A DNA stretch of 63,390 bases from positions 1-63,390 of the forward strand of contig CAZJEW010000001.1 in NCBI GenBank assembly GCA_964545285.1, written 5' to 3'. Below, one piece after another: positions 1 through 10,622 of this stretch. Source of the DNA: an uncultured Clostridium sp. GTDB taxonomy: Bacteria > Bacillota_I > Bacilli_A > RF39 > UBA660. The position numbers were made by a program, and so were the translations under genes. The notes beneath the pieces are model-generated. The model worked only from the letters and a program-made list of their open reading frames with translations, had not been told where the DNA came from and searched no databases. Position 1 is the stretch's first letter. Each line of letters opens with the position of its first letter.

Positions 1-5
1 CTAAG

Positions 6-476
6 ATGCTTATGTTAGAAACCATATTAAATTATCATCAAAATGATGAATACCTATTCAGTAAAAAGTATTTAGGAAATAATAATTATATTAAATACTT
101 TGATTACACTATTAAAAAACTAATAATTACTGGTTTTGTAGAAAATCTCAATTTGTTAAGAATTCATAATAAGAGAATTGACTACATATTAGAAATAAAT
201 AATATAGATTATGAAAAAATTGATCTAGACAATCATAAATCAGTAAACAAGTTATATGATTTATTAAAAAAACTTTCAATCACGAATCATAAGAGTTGGT
301 CTCTAATGTATCTATTTGAACCAATAAAAAAATATGCAGAATCTATCGCTAAAAAAAGTAGCAAAAAAATTAGTGAAGTAAATCATATTACAATACAATA
401 TTATGTTTCGCAATGGGATATGGTATTCGATAATTACGAAAAGAAAATTGATAGTGCAATAGAAATATTGTTATAA
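6..476 (+). CDS. hypothetical protein (no recognisable domain; true start could lie upstream of the window)
   Basis: ORF track 156 aa; followed by hairpin plus T-run at 482-513. Confidence 0.4.
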   Translation: MLMLETILNYHQNDEYLFSKKYLGNNNYIKYFDYTIKKLIITGFVENLNLLRIHNKRIDYILEINNIDYEKIDLDNHKSVNKLYDLLKKLSITNHKSWSLMYLFEPIKKYAESIAKKSSKKISEVNHITIQYYVSQWDMVFDNYEKKIDSAIEILL

Positions 477-481
477 AATCC

Positions 482-513
482 ATAATCAGTTAGTACAATG
501 ATTATTTTTTTTT
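482..513 (+). terminator. intrinsic terminator after the 156-aa ORF
   Basis: ATAATCA (482-488) pairs with TGATTAT (499-505), followed by T8. Confidence 0.6.
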
Positions 514-591
514 GAAATAAAAAAAGAACTTTAACAAGTCCTATAATTGACAATGATATTTTATTAAGCGTATTTACCTTTATTTTTCTCG

Positions 592-1443
592 TCATCCTTT
601 CGGACTACAAACATCAGGTACAGCCATTACTATGACTGCTACACTTAATGTTAATCCATATATAATATGTGAAAAAAGTTCCTTATAGTTAAAAATATCA
701 ATTATACCTTTTGATATAAAAAAAGCATTAAACATATAAGATAAAAATACTATAAATGCACAAATATAGCCAATAGTGGAAATGTATTTTGCGAGATGTC
801 TTAACCTAGTTTTTAAAGGGCTTTCCAAAGGGTATTCTTGCACTAAGGATGCGATGTTCCCATAATACGTGTTGTCTCCAATATTAACAACTAACGTCTT
901 ACAATTACCATTATTTATAATGCTTCCCATAAACAAATTATCATTAATCACTTTGTTTTTCTCTTTTGATTCTCCGGTTAAAGCACTTTCGTTAACTGTG
1001 GTAGTGCCTTCTATTATTTTGCAATCGCACGGAACCTTATCACCAGTTTCCAAATATAATATGTCGCCAACCACTAATTCTTCTGAATTAATGATGATCT
1101 TTTTAGAATTTCTTAATACTTTGCATGAAATATATTGATTTTCGTTGTTTAATTTTTCAAATGCTTTTTCACTACCATATTCTGATAATGCAGAAATAAA
1201 AGCAGCTAAAAATACCGCTATCGCAATACCTATTGTTTCAAATATATTAGATTCTTGAAATAAAAAAATAATTTTAATAAATAAAGCAATTATTAATATT
1301 TTAATAATAGGATCTCCAAGTGACTCAATAATAAGTTTGATAAAAGTTTTCTTCTTTTTATTTGTTAATACATTTTTCCCGAATTTCTTTCTAGATAATA
1401 CAACAAGTTCATCATTTAATCCGTAATTATAATTTGTATTCAT
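592..1443 (-). pseudogene. truncated N-terminal remnant of a cation-transporting P-type ATPase (Ca2+/PMCA-like)
   Basis: Has TM1-2, the actuator-domain TGES motif (ALTGESKEK) and TM3-4 up to MAVP. The expected PEGLP is replaced by DVCSPKG-stop. There is no DKTGT phosphorylation domain, N-domain or TM5-10 downstream. Confidence 0.6.
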
Positions 1444-1547
1444 TTTATCCTCAATTAATAATATTCTAATAATTAATAATTAGTAATAATAATTGAAATA
1501 TTTAACTAAAAATGATATTCTTATAATATGAATTAAAAGAGGTTATA

Positions 1548-1901
1548 ATGGAAGAAAAGTTTCTTAACAGATTTTTATATGATAAAAATGAATATATTTT
1601 ACAAATAAATTATTTTGTTCATATACTTGAAAATAACTTTCTTCTTGCATTAACTTATTTTTCAGAGGGAATATCTTTTACATATGATTATGTAGGAATA
1701 GAATATAATTTTGATCAAAACAATAATAAAATCGTTACTTTTTATGACTTTGACACTGAAAAAAACATCTCACTTGATGAATTTATAAATATGTTAGGAA
1801 TATGTTGTGAAATTTATATGGAAGAAGAACAAAATTCAAAAGAAGATGTATTAATATTATATAAAAAGACTTGTATGAAATTGTTATCAAATGCTAGTTA
1901 G
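1548..1901 (+). CDS. hypothetical protein
   Basis: 117-aa ORF with RBS AGAGG 7 nt upstream; no recognisable domain. Confidence 0.45.
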   Translation: MEEKFLNRFLYDKNEYILQINYFVHILENNFLLALTYFSEGISFTYDYVGIEYNFDQNNNKIVTFYDFDTEKNISLDEFINMLGICCEIYMEEEQNSKEDVLILYKKTCMKLLSNAS

Positions 1902-1909
1902 GAGGTTTT

Positions 1910-2398
1910 ATGACAAGAATTGATAAAAATAATTATTATTTAGATATATCAGAAGCTACTTTGGAAAGAGCAACTTGTATTAGAAGAATATGGGGTGCAG
2001 TTATAGTAAAAAATGATGAAATAATATCTACTGGATATAACGGAGCTCCTAGAGGTAGAATTAATTGCTCTGATTTAGGTTACTGCATGAGAGAAAAATT
2101 AAAAGTTCCTAGAGGGGAAAGATATGAGCTTTGTAGAAGCGTACACGCTGAACAAAATGCAATTATATCTGCGTCAAGAAAAGATATTATAGGAGGCTCT
2201 TTATATATAGTTGGAAAAGATGTAAAAACTGGTGAATATGTTGAAAAGTCTATGCCTTGTGCTATGTGTAAAAGAGTAATAATAAATAGTGGTATTGAAA
2301 AAATATATTTAAGGGATTCCAAGACAAAATATAGAGAAATATCAGTTAAAGAATTTATCGAAAATGACGATAGTTTAGAAGAAAAGTTAGGATATTAG
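1910..2398 (+). CDS. comEB: deoxycytidylate (dCMP) deaminase, ComEB family
   Basis: Zinc motifs HAEQNAI and PCAMCKRVIINSGI; RBS AGGAGG. Confidence 0.85.
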   Translation: MTRIDKNNYYLDISEATLERATCIRRIWGAVIVKNDEIISTGYNGAPRGRINCSDLGYCMREKLKVPRGERYELCRSVHAEQNAIISASRKDIIGGSLYIVGKDVKTGEYVEKSMPCAMCKRVIINSGIEKIYLRDSKTKYREISVKEFIENDDSLEEKLGY

Positions 2399-2405
2399 GT
2401 GTAAA

Positions 2406-3329
2406 ATGCTAGATGTAATAGTTCCTTGCTATAATGAGGAAAACGGAATTAAATTATTTTATGAAAGTTCAAAGAATGAATTAAAAACCATAAAACATAC
2501 ATTTATATTTATTGATGATGGATCAAATGATAATACATTAGAAGAATTAAAAAAAATATATGATAGTGACAAAGAGCATGTAAGAATAATCACTTTTACT
2601 AGAAATTATGGAAAAGAATCTGCAATATATGCAGGACTCTTACATTCTAAAGGTGATTATGTTTCTATAATAGATTCTGATTTACAACAAAACCCTAAAT
2701 ATTTAGTTAAAATGTATAACTTTCTAAAGGACAATAAAGAATATGATTGTATTGCAATGTGTCAAAAGCAAAATAAAAATAGATTTTTTCAAAAATGTTT
2801 TTATAATATCATGAATTCATTATCTGAGATTCATCTTGAAAACGGTGCTTCTGATTTTAGAATGTTTAGAAAAAAAGTTGTAAAATCTATTTTAGAATTC
2901 AGTGAAAGGAATAGATTTACTAAAGGAATATTTAGTTATTTAGGATATAAAACATATTATGAAGAATATGAAGTAGAAAAAAGAATTGCTGGAAAATCAA
3001 AATGGGGATTTCGTAAACTATTCAATTATGCAACTAATGGTATAGTTGCATTTAGCATAAAACCTCTTAGAATGGTTACATACACAGGTTTAGCAACAAG
3101 TTTCTCAGCGTTCATATATTTAATAATTCTAATAGTTAAAACATTAATAAATGGTAAAGAAGTTGCTGGATATGCATCTATCATGTGTGTATTACTTTTT
3201 ATTGGTGGGTTTTTATTAATAGGTTTAGGTATTATCGGGGAATATATAGGTAAAATATATAATGAAACCAAATACAGACCTCTATTTATCGAAAATGATA
3301 AAATAGGTTTTGAAGATGATATATTATAG
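2406..3329 (+). CDS. family 2 glycosyltransferase, polyprenyl-phosphate sugar transferase (GtrB/CsbB-like)
   Basis: N-terminal GT-A fold (VIVPCYNEE, FIDDGSND, DSDLQ) plus two C-terminal TM helices. Confidence 0.85.
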   Translation: MLDVIVPCYNEENGIKLFYESSKNELKTIKHTFIFIDDGSNDNTLEELKKIYDSDKEHVRIITFTRNYGKESAIYAGLLHSKGDYVSIIDSDLQQNPKYLVKMYNFLKDNKEYDCIAMCQKQNKNRFFQKCFYNIMNSLSEIHLENGASDFRMFRKKVVKSILEFSERNRFTKGIFSYLGYKTYYEEYEVEKRIAGKSKWGFRKLFNYATNGIVAFSIKPLRMVTYTGLATSFSAFIYLIILIVKTLINGKEVAGYASIMCVLLFIGGFLLIGLGIIGEYIGKIYNETKYRPLFIENDKIGFEDDIL

Positions 3330-3335
3330 GTAAAA

Positions 3336-3770
3336 ATGAAAAAATATAATATTATGAAATTATATAAAAAGAATGAAGAAATAATTAATTATCTCATAGT
3401 TGGTGGACTTACAACTTTAGTAAGTTTATTAACGAAGTATATTTTATTATTTACTTTTTTGAAAGCAAGTAATGCGATTGAATTACAAATAGCAATAATT
3501 ATTTCTTGGATATGCGCAGTTACATTTGCTTATTTTGCTAATAGAGTATTTGTATTTAAAAGCAAAAATGAAAAGAAATTTAAAGAAGCTGTCAAATTTT
3601 ACTTTGTAAGAATATCAACACTATTAATGGAAATGGTTATTATGTGGTTTTTTATTACACTGTTGAAATTAAACAGCAATAATTGGGTGATAATATGGAC
3701 CATATTTTGTCAAATATTAATTACTATAGTAAATTATATTTTAAGTAAATTTGTTGTATTTAAAAAATAG
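3336..3770 (+). CDS. GtrA-family membrane protein
   Basis: 144 aa with 4 TM helices, directly downstream of the GtrB-like GT2 gene; typical GtrA size and topology. Confidence 0.7.
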   Translation: MKKYNIMKLYKKNEEIINYLIVGGLTTLVSLLTKYILLFTFLKASNAIELQIAIIISWICAVTFAYFANRVFVFKSKNEKKFKEAVKFYFVRISTLLMEMVIMWFFITLLKLNSNNWVIIWTIFCQILITIVNYILSKFVVFKK

Positions 3771-3792
3771 TTATCTAAAACTATTTCTTTTT
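3765..3792. terminator. hairpin terminator between convergent gtrA-like and tsaD genes
   Basis: AAATAGTT (3765-3772) pairs with AACTATTT (3779-3786), then CTTTTT. Confidence 0.5.
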
Positions 3793-4792
3793 ACAAATTC
3801 AAATTTGGTTTAGCATTTAAACTTAAATCAGAAAATTTTTTTTCTTTGAATAATATATACGCTGCTGCTCCTATCATTGTTGCATTATCAGTACAATACT
3901 TTTTTTCAGGTACATGCATATTAACTCCAATATCATTACACATATCTTTCAAAGCATTTCTAATATAAGTATTGCTTGCAACACCCCCACTCATAATAAA
4001 AGTTTTAATATTAGTGTCAAGCAACGCTTTTTTTGTTTTTGAAACTAGTAAATTAGTTACGCATTCCTGGAAAGAAGATGCAATATCGTATTTATTAATA
4101 TCATGATTTCTTTGATGTTCATTATGTACAAAATTATTAATATGACTTTTAATGCCACTGAAACTAAAGTTATATGATTCGTCATTTAATATATTTGGCA
4201 TTTTATAATTTGGTTTTCCTTGTAATGCATATTTTTCAACATTTGGTCCTCCTGGATATGGAAGATCTAGTATTCTTGCAACCTTATCATAAGCTTCTCC
4301 AATAGCATCATCAAGTGTTTGACCTAAATATTTAAACTCGTTCTCGCTTTTCATAAGAATTAAATCAGTATGACCTCCACTTACTATAAGAGATATTAAA
4401 GGGTATTTTAAATCATTTTCTATCATATTGGCATAAATATGTCCCATCATATGATTAACCCCAATAAATGGCTTATTATATACAAAGCTTAAAGTTTTAG
4501 TAGATTCAACTCCAACAAGTAAACTTCCAAGCAATCCGGGTGCATAAGTACATGCAAAAGCATCAATATCATCAAGTTTCATATTAGCATTACATATACA
4601 TTCATCAATACACATAGTTATATTTTCCAAATGAAGTCTACTAGCAACTTCAGGAACAACTCCACCATATTTAGTATGAACATCAATTTGACTGTTAATA
4701 ATTGTTGATATATCGTTCTTACCATTCTTTACAATACTAACGCTAGTTTCATCACAAGAAGATTCAATAGCTAAAATATAAACGTCTTTCAT
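3791..4792 (-). CDS. tsaD: tRNA N6-adenosine threonylcarbamoyltransferase TsaD
   Basis: GVNHMMGHIY metal motif, MSGGVASN; tsaB-rimI-tsaD gene order. Confidence 0.93.
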   Translation of the reverse strand: MKDVYILAIESSCDETSVSIVKNGKNDISTIINSQIDVHTKYGGVVPEVASRLHLENITMCIDECICNANMKLDDIDAFACTYAPGLLGSLLVGVESTKTLSFVYNKPFIGVNHMMGHIYANMIENDLKYPLISLIVSGGHTDLILMKSENEFKYLGQTLDDAIGEAYDKVARILDLPYPGGPNVEKYALQGKPNYKMPNILNDESYNFSFSGIKSHINNFVHNEHQRNHDINKYDIASSFQECVTNLLVSKTKKALLDTNIKTFIMSGGVASNTYIRNALKDMCNDIGVNMHVPEKKYCTDNATMIGAAAYILFKEKKFSDLSLNAKPNLNL

Positions 4793-5124
4793 ATTTTCAA
4801 CTTCTCCATTATTATAGCTGATCCATCATTGTAGTATCTATCTCTTACACTAATTTCTTTAAATCCAAGTTTACTATATAGTTTAATTGCCTCATTGTTA
4901 TTCTCATTTACTTCTAACATAATTCTATTATATTTTTCATTATTAAACATATATTCAAAAAGAGCAGTAGCAACACCTATTCTTCTATTTTCTTCATTTG
5001 TATAAACATTAATTATATCAATAACGTCATCAATAACTCTTATTTCTAAATACCCAAATATCTTATCATCTTTAACATAATTATAAAGTCTATCTATATC
5101 ATTTATTTCTTCTCTAGTAATCAT
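4789..5124 (-). CDS. rimI: GNAT acetyltransferase, RimI-like (short)
   Basis: Acetyl-CoA motif RRIGVATALFEYM; sits between tsaB and tsaD. Confidence 0.7.
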   Translation of the reverse strand: MITREEINDIDRLYNYVKDDKIFGYLEIRVIDDVIDIINVYTNEENRRIGVATALFEYMFNNEKYNRIMLEVNENNNEAIKLYSKLGFKEISVRDRYYNDGSAIIMEKLKI

Positions 5125-5666
5125 TTTTCCACCTCGATTTTTTTTACATAATTAGCTTTAATATGATGAACATTCTCTGATGGAGTGCTATCTAAAAACA
5201 AAATAATTTTTTCAACATCAAGTTTATGATCAACTTCTTTATATTTATAATCATTTATTTCAACGTATTTTTCTTCAATTATAGCATTATTATTTTTATC
5301 ACATACAGAAACATAATATCCCTTATTATCTTCAATAGTGCACATTTTATCACAATTAAAATTACTGCTAACAATATATGCCATCAAACTTGATATAGTA
5401 CTAATTGAAATATTTAGTGCGTAAGCCATAGTTTTAGCAATAGAGAGTCCGATTCTAATTCCAGTGAAACTACCAGGACCGTTAACAACAATAATTTTAG
5501 TTAATTTCTTAATATTCAAATTATTTTCTCTAAATATTTCTTCTATTAAAGGCATTGTATTAACAGAATGATTAAATTCACTATATTTTTCTTTAATAAT
5601 TATTTTATCATTATTTTTAAGTCCAATGGTTATTAAATTGTCATGGGTATCTATAAATAATATCAT
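5121..5666 (-). CDS. tsaB: tRNA threonylcarbamoyladenosine biosynthesis protein TsaB
   Basis: YeaZ-like GPGSFTGIRIG motif. Start moved to MILFIDT, where an AAAGGAAAA RBS precedes the ATG at 5666. Confidence 0.85.
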   Translation of the reverse strand: MILFIDTHDNLITIGLKNNDKIIIKEKYSEFNHSVNTMPLIEEIFRENNLNIKKLTKIIVVNGPGSFTGIRIGLSIAKTMAYALNISISTISSLMAYIVSSNFNCDKMCTIEDNKGYYVSVCDKNNNAIIEEKYVEINDYKYKEVDHKLDVEKIILFLDSTPSENVHHIKANYVKKIEVEK

Positions 5667-5763
5667 AATATTTTCCTTTCGATTAATAAGTATAACATAA
5701 TAATAATACAATTACACTAAATATATTTTAACACATAAAACATTAAATAAAAACTGAAGATAA

Positions 5764-7722
5764 TTATTTTTCTTCAGTTTTCTTTTCTTCTTCTTTTTTA
5801 GATTTAGACTCTTCTTTTTTAACTTGAACTTCTTTAATACTTTCATCTTTATCACTGAATGATTCATGATTAAACTTATAATCACTATTTGCTTCAACAA
5901 TATCTTCTATTTCTTCTTTAGTTAGTGTCTCTTTTTCAATAAGAGTGTTTGCTAGAATATCTATAAGTTTTTTGTTTTTACGAACGATATCCTTTGATTC
6001 TTTATAACATTCATCAATAATTTTTTTAACCTCTTGATCTATTTGTAAAGCAACTTGATCAGAGAAATTTTTACTTTGATTATAATCTCTACCTAAAAAT
6101 ACACTTTCTGTTCTATGTTCAAATTGCATTGGGCCTAAAGAACTCATACCATACTCTGTAACCATGCTTCTAGCTATTTTGGTAGCTCTTTTCAAATCAT
6201 CACTGGCGCCAGTTGATATTTCATCTAAATATGTTTCTTCGCTAGCTCTTCCTGATAATAATGTTATTATTTGTTCTAGTAATTCTTTTTTTGTATAAAC
6301 AAGAGTTCTTTCTTCTTTAGGAAGCATTTGTGTATAACCACCAGCCATTCCTCTTGGAATAATAGTAATTTTATGAACTTCTTCTCCATTTGGTAGAACT
6401 ATTCCAGATACTGCATGTCCAGATTCGTGATATGCTACTATTTTCTTTTCATAGTCCGTCACTTTCCTACTTGTTTTAGCAGGACCCATAAGAACTCTAT
6501 CACTTGCTTCATCTATCTCATCCATAGTTATAACTTTTTTATCTCTTCTTACAGCTAATAAAGCAGCTTCATTCAATAAATTCTCTAAATCTGCTCCAGA
6601 ATATCCGGGAGTCCTTTCAGCAATTCGTTTTAGTTTAACTGACGAATCTAATGGTTTATTAACAGCATGTACCTTTAATATATCTTCTCTTTCTCTAACA
6701 TCAGGTTTATTAACAGTAACTTGTCTATCAAATCTTCCCGGTCTTAATAATGCAGGATCTAAAACATCAGGTCTATTTGTTGCTGCTAAAATAATAATAC
6801 CCTCATTCTCACCAAAACCATCCATTTCGGATAATAATTGATTAAGTGTCTGCTCTCTTTCATCGTGTCCACCACCTAATCCTGTTCCTCTTTCTCTTCC
6901 AACTGCATCAATTTCATCAATAAAAATTAAGCATGGTGCACATTGTTTTGCTTGTTTAAACATATCTCTTACACGAGAAGCACCTACACCTACGAATAAT
7001 TCAACAAAATCAGAACCACTTATAAAAAAGAACGGAACATTTGCTTCTCCAGCAATAGCCTTGGCAAGCAATGTTTTTCCTGTTCCTGGAGGACCTACTA
7101 ATAGTACTCCTTTAGGAATTCTAGCTCCCATCTTAGTAAATTTTTTTGGATTTTTCAAAAAATCTATTAATTCTTCAACTTCTTCTTTTTCTTCTTTTAA
7201 TCCAGCAACATCAGCAAATGTCTTCTTTCCTGTTTCATCAGATAACTTTGCTTTACTTTTACCAAAATCAAATGTACCTTTACCATTATTGCTTAATTTA
7301 ACAATCATTACATATGCTAATATACCAAAACATACAAACGGAAACACATTTAATAATATTGATAACCATGTACTATTTTCCGGATTAGTATTAGTTTCTA
7401 CAGATAATCCTTTAGATTCAGCTGATTCATATATACCAGAAATAACTGTATCCGTATATGGAATAGTTACACTAAATGTTTCGCCTTTTTCATAATCTTT
7501 TAATTTACCAGTAATAATGTATACTCCAGAACCACTTCTTGGTGTTACAGTTAATTCAGTAACATTTCCTTCATTGATTTCTTTAGTAAGTTCACTATAG
7601 TCTAATTCATTTACTATTGTACCTATACTACTTAAAAAGAAATATGCACAAATAATTACTATAGCAAGCATAATATAAGGCATAAAACTCATTGATTTGT
7701 TTTTAGTTTTTTTAATATTCAT
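5764..7722 (-). CDS. ftsH: ATP-dependent zinc metalloprotease FtsH
   Basis: Walker A GPPGTGKT, Walker B IFIDEIDA, zinc motif HESGH, two N-terminal TM helices. Confidence 0.97.
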   Translation of the reverse strand: MNIKKTKNKSMSFMPYIMLAIVIICAYFFLSSIGTIVNELDYSELTKEINEGNVTELTVTPRSGSGVYIITGKLKDYEKGETFSVTIPYTDTVISGIYESAESKGLSVETNTNPENSTWLSILLNVFPFVCFGILAYVMIVKLSNNGKGTFDFGKSKAKLSDETGKKTFADVAGLKEEKEEVEELIDFLKNPKKFTKMGARIPKGVLLVGPPGTGKTLLAKAIAGEANVPFFFISGSDFVELFVGVGASRVRDMFKQAKQCAPCLIFIDEIDAVGRERGTGLGGGHDEREQTLNQLLSEMDGFGENEGIIILAATNRPDVLDPALLRPGRFDRQVTVNKPDVREREDILKVHAVNKPLDSSVKLKRIAERTPGYSGADLENLLNEAALLAVRRDKKVITMDEIDEASDRVLMGPAKTSRKVTDYEKKIVAYHESGHAVSGIVLPNGEEVHKITIIPRGMAGGYTQMLPKEERTLVYTKKELLEQIITLLSGRASEETYLDEISTGASDDLKRATKIARSMVTEYGMSSLGPMQFEHRTESVFLGRDYNQSKNFSDQVALQIDQEVKKIIDECYKESKDIVRKNKKLIDILANTLIEKETLTKEEIEDIVEANSDYKFNHESFSDKDESIKEVQVKKEESKSKKEEEKKTEEK

Positions 7723-7735
7723 ATTGTTTTCCTTT

Positions 7736-9070
7736 CTAATAATACTTTAGTATTATATCATACTCTTCGCCTATATCTTTGTCAAGTTTGGATTTTTTTA
7801 AACCAGGAACCCAAACTATTACCTCGTTTGAATCTAAAACAATAGGCCATTCATTTCTATCAGACATTTTAATTTTATTGTCAATAAAAATATGATTTAC
7901 TTTCTTCGTACCATTCATTCCTTTTACCTCAATTTTATCTCCAGCTCTTTTATTCCTAACGAATAATGGTAAAGAGACCTCTTTACTATTAAATCTTGTA
8001 ACATAATTACTTTTATCATTAACATCGCTAATTATATCAATGTTTTTACCATTAGGTAAGTTTACTTGCCCATTTATTTCAATTTCAAATGTATCACTAG
8101 TTTGCTCATCGTAACTAAAAGTAACTTCATTATAAGACTTATTAACAATAACATTATTTGGTAAATGAATTAAACTATTTGGTTTGTTAGATTTTATTAA
8201 ACTTAATATAAGTTCAACATGAGTATCACCAACAATAAGCAAATCATCTCCATAAATTTTTTCTAGTATATTATAAACGATTTTAGTTTGAATAACATGA
8301 TCTAATTCTAAAAATTTATCAATAATTATCTTTCCATTTTGAACTACTTTATTAAAAGATTTTTTTGCTTCATTATCAATGAATTCACTATTTTCAAGCA
8401 AAGTCTCACTAAATTTCAAAAACTTTTTATGAACATTTTTATCTTCTTTTTTTAAAAAAGGTAAAACAACATGTCTATATCTATTTCTTGTATAATGATC
8501 TTCATTATTAGACTCATCACATGCATATTTGATGTTTTTACTATTTACATATTCAAGAAGTTCATCTTTAGTTTTTGTTATTAAAGGTCTAACAATAAAA
8601 TAATTATCTTTTTCAATAAACTTTGCAAAACCGCTATAACCTTTTAAAGTAGATCCCCTTACAATTCGCATCAATATAGTTTCAATTAAATCATCCGCAT
8701 GATGAGCAGTCATCAAATACTTAGCATTATATTTCTTGATAATATCTTCAAAAAAATTATACCTAGCACTTCTTGCTTCATTATGAAAATTATCTTCTCC
8801 CCATTTAGATATTTTAACATACTCGAAAATTATATTGTTTTCATTACAATATTTTTCTAAATCTATTTTTTCTTGATCGCTTTCTTTTCTTTTTCCATGA
8901 TTTACATGGGCACAAATTAAAACTAAATCATATTTTGATTTTATACTATTTAAAACATCTAATAAAGCCATTGAATCAGGTCCGCCCGATACTCCAACAA
9001 CTATTTTATCATTCTTACTTAAACCAATATCATTTTCAATGTAACTGATTTCATCATCCATATTAAGCAT
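7736..9070 (-). CDS. tilS: tRNA(Ile)-lysidine synthetase TilS
   Basis: PP-loop VGVSGGPDS; immediately upstream of ftsH. Confidence 0.9.
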   Translation of the reverse strand: MLNMDDEISYIENDIGLSKNDKIVVGVSGGPDSMALLDVLNSIKSKYDLVLICAHVNHGKRKESDQEKIDLEKYCNENNIIFEYVKISKWGEDNFHNEARSARYNFFEDIIKKYNAKYLMTAHHADDLIETILMRIVRGSTLKGYSGFAKFIEKDNYFIVRPLITKTKDELLEYVNSKNIKYACDESNNEDHYTRNRYRHVVLPFLKKEDKNVHKKFLKFSETLLENSEFIDNEAKKSFNKVVQNGKIIIDKFLELDHVIQTKIVYNILEKIYGDDLLIVGDTHVELILSLIKSNKPNSLIHLPNNVIVNKSYNEVTFSYDEQTSDTFEIEINGQVNLPNGKNIDIISDVNDKSNYVTRFNSKEVSLPLFVRNKRAGDKIEVKGMNGTKKVNHIFIDNKIKMSDRNEWPIVLDSNEVIVWVPGLKKSKLDKDIGEEYDIILKYY

Positions 9071-9072
9071 TA

Positions 9073-9363
9073 TTACTCCTCTATTTTAATAATAATTTCA
9101 TCATCAGCAGAATATAAATATTTTTCTCTTGCGTATCTTGCAAGATATTCTGGATCTTGAAGTTTCTCGATTTCGCTATTTAATTCATCTTCCTTTTTTA
9201 ATGAATCTGCATATTCTTCTTTTAATGATTTGTTTTCTTTAACATTATTAATCATTTGAGTAACATTTGAAAATAATGTATATATAAAAAAACTAAAAGA
9301 TATTATAACACACAAAAACAAAAAAGTTACTCTAAATTTAGTTTTTGGACTCAATTTTTTCAT
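9073..9363 (-). CDS. divIC: septum formation initiator DivIC/FtsB family
   Basis: Single TM helix plus coiled coil; yabP-yabQ-divIC synteny; start at MKKLSPK preceded by GGAG. Confidence 0.7.
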   Translation of the reverse strand: MKKLSPKTKFRVTFLFLCVIISFSFFIYTLFSNVTQMINNVKENKSLKEEYADSLKKEDELNSEIEKLQDPEYLARYAREKYLYSADDEIIIKIEE

Positions 9364-9415
9364 ATTATACTCCATTTTCAACAATAATTATACAGTACCA
9401 AATATTTATAAACAA

Positions 9416-9700
9416 TTAATAAGGCATAGTTTTACATATTTTTCGTAAATATTTATATGAAAAATATGAAGATATAAATATACATATAATAAAATATATA
9501 TGTATATTCGCATTATTTATTATTCTCATAATTAAAAAGTATATTACTGAGAAAATATTAAAAAACAATATAGAATTTAATAATCTATACATTTTATTAA
9601 ACTTATAATAAAATTTTTTGGTCAAATAAAAAAAAGCAGATATAACGACACCATAAAGCAGTGAAAATAATAAACAAATAAGTTGAATAGTAATATCCAT
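9416..9700 (-). CDS. yabQ: spore cortex protein YabQ-like small membrane protein
   Basis: Three TM helices; assigned mainly by position between yabP and divIC. Confidence 0.55.
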   Translation of the reverse strand: MDITIQLICLLFSLLYGVVISAFFYLTKKFYYKFNKMYRLLNSILFFNIFSVIYFLIMRIINNANIHIYFIICIFISSYFSYKYLRKICKTMPY

Positions 9701-9990
9701 TATTTAAACAATCTAGATAAAACTGATTCCGTTTTAATTCTTTTATTACTTGAATCTAAATAATTTATAGAATTAATTTTTCCTTTTATTGATAAATTTC
9801 CTTGAAAAGTATCAAGCTTTAATAATTCTAAGCCCTCACCTTTAATTATTATAGGTCCCATTACTGATTCAACAAAAAATTCACACTCATCAAAACTGCT
9901 TATTTTTTTTATACCAGATAAAACGATGTTTTTTCTATCAGTAATACTTATATTATGATTTAACACCTCCACAGTAGTTAATTTATCCAT
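9700..9990 (-). CDS. yabP: sporulation protein YabP
   Basis: YabP-like sequence (ITDRKNIVLSGIKKISSFDE, IKGEGLEL) and synteny. Confidence 0.8.
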   Translation of the reverse strand: MDKLTTVEVLNHNISITDRKNIVLSGIKKISSFDECEFFVESVMGPIIIKGEGLELLKLDTFQGNLSIKGKINSINYLDSSNKRIKTESVLSRLFK

Positions 9991-10051
9991 ATTATCTCCT
10001 TAATTAATAATATGAAAAAAGAACTACTATATGAGTCCTTATTATCATTTA

Positions 10052-10336
10052 CTACTCTTCGTCTGCCTCTTTTGTATCTTCTTCGGCATTTTCATAAGCA
10101 TCAAGTATTGTCTTCTCAAATGTAGTTCTTACTTCTTGATTAATTGGATGAACAATATCTTTATATTCTCCGGCAGGTGTCTTACGACTTGGCATAGCGA
10201 TAAATAAATTTTCTTTGCCTTCGATTATTCTAATATCATGAATTGCAATAGCATCGTCTATAACAACTGATGCAATTCCCTTCATTCTAGAATTTTCTAA
10301 TTCTACCTTATGAACTCTTACTGATGTAATTTCCAT
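10052..10336 (-). CDS. spoVG: septation/sporulation regulator SpoVG
   Basis: MEITSVRVHKV...FIAMPSRKTPAGEYKDIVHPI; start at 10336 preceded by AAGGAGG. Confidence 0.95.
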   Translation of the reverse strand: MEITSVRVHKVELENSRMKGIASVVIDDAIAIHDIRIIEGKENLFIAMPSRKTPAGEYKDIVHPINQEVRTTFEKTILDAYENAEEDTKEADEE

Positions 10337-10405
10337 AGTATACCTCCTTAACATTAAGATAATTTAATTGTACTACAAAAAAAAGACAATATCAACTATT
10401 TTTGT

Positions 10406-10621
10406 TTAATTAAACTTTGATAGAATAACTGTTTTAGTTAAAATATCAGTATATGAGAATGTTTTTATTCCTTTATTAGTAGTTATTGTGAAAATATTAG
10501 AATGCATTTTGGTAATATATCCTTCTAAATATTCGTACTTGTTTCTTCCAAGAAATACTTTGATTTTAAGTTTTTGGTTTAACATACTTTTAATTTTGTT
10601 TTTAATGATATCTATATTCAA
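10406..10621 (-). CDS. veg: Veg protein (copy 1)
   Basis: Similar to B. subtilis Veg (FSYTDILTKTVIL vs SYSYADILTETVEL); TTG start one nt after the yabG stop, with a GGAG RBS inside the yabG 3' end. Confidence 0.88.
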   Translation of the reverse strand: MNIDIIKNKIKSMLNQKLKIKVFLGRNKYEYLEGYITKMHSNIFTITTNKGIKTFSYTDILTKTVILSKFN

Positions 10622-10622
10622 T

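Noticed and set aside
869-1138. Antisense ORFs inside confident genes. Examples are 869-1138, 2080-2322, 3026-3271, 7061-7495, 17052-17261, 23331-23684, 24342-24731, 25931-26467, 32714-33133, 38968-39369, 41817-42212, 46340-46693 and 60559-61029.
   Set aside because: All lie entirely within, and opposite to, genes with clear homology. Their translations are low-complexity (S, L, F and I rich) with no RBS. These are the shadow frames expected in AT-rich coding DNA.
5712-5900. 62-aa Lys-rich ORF overlapping the 3' end of ftsH
   Set aside because: It is an out-of-frame overlap with the K/E-rich FtsH tail on the same strand, with no independent start signal.
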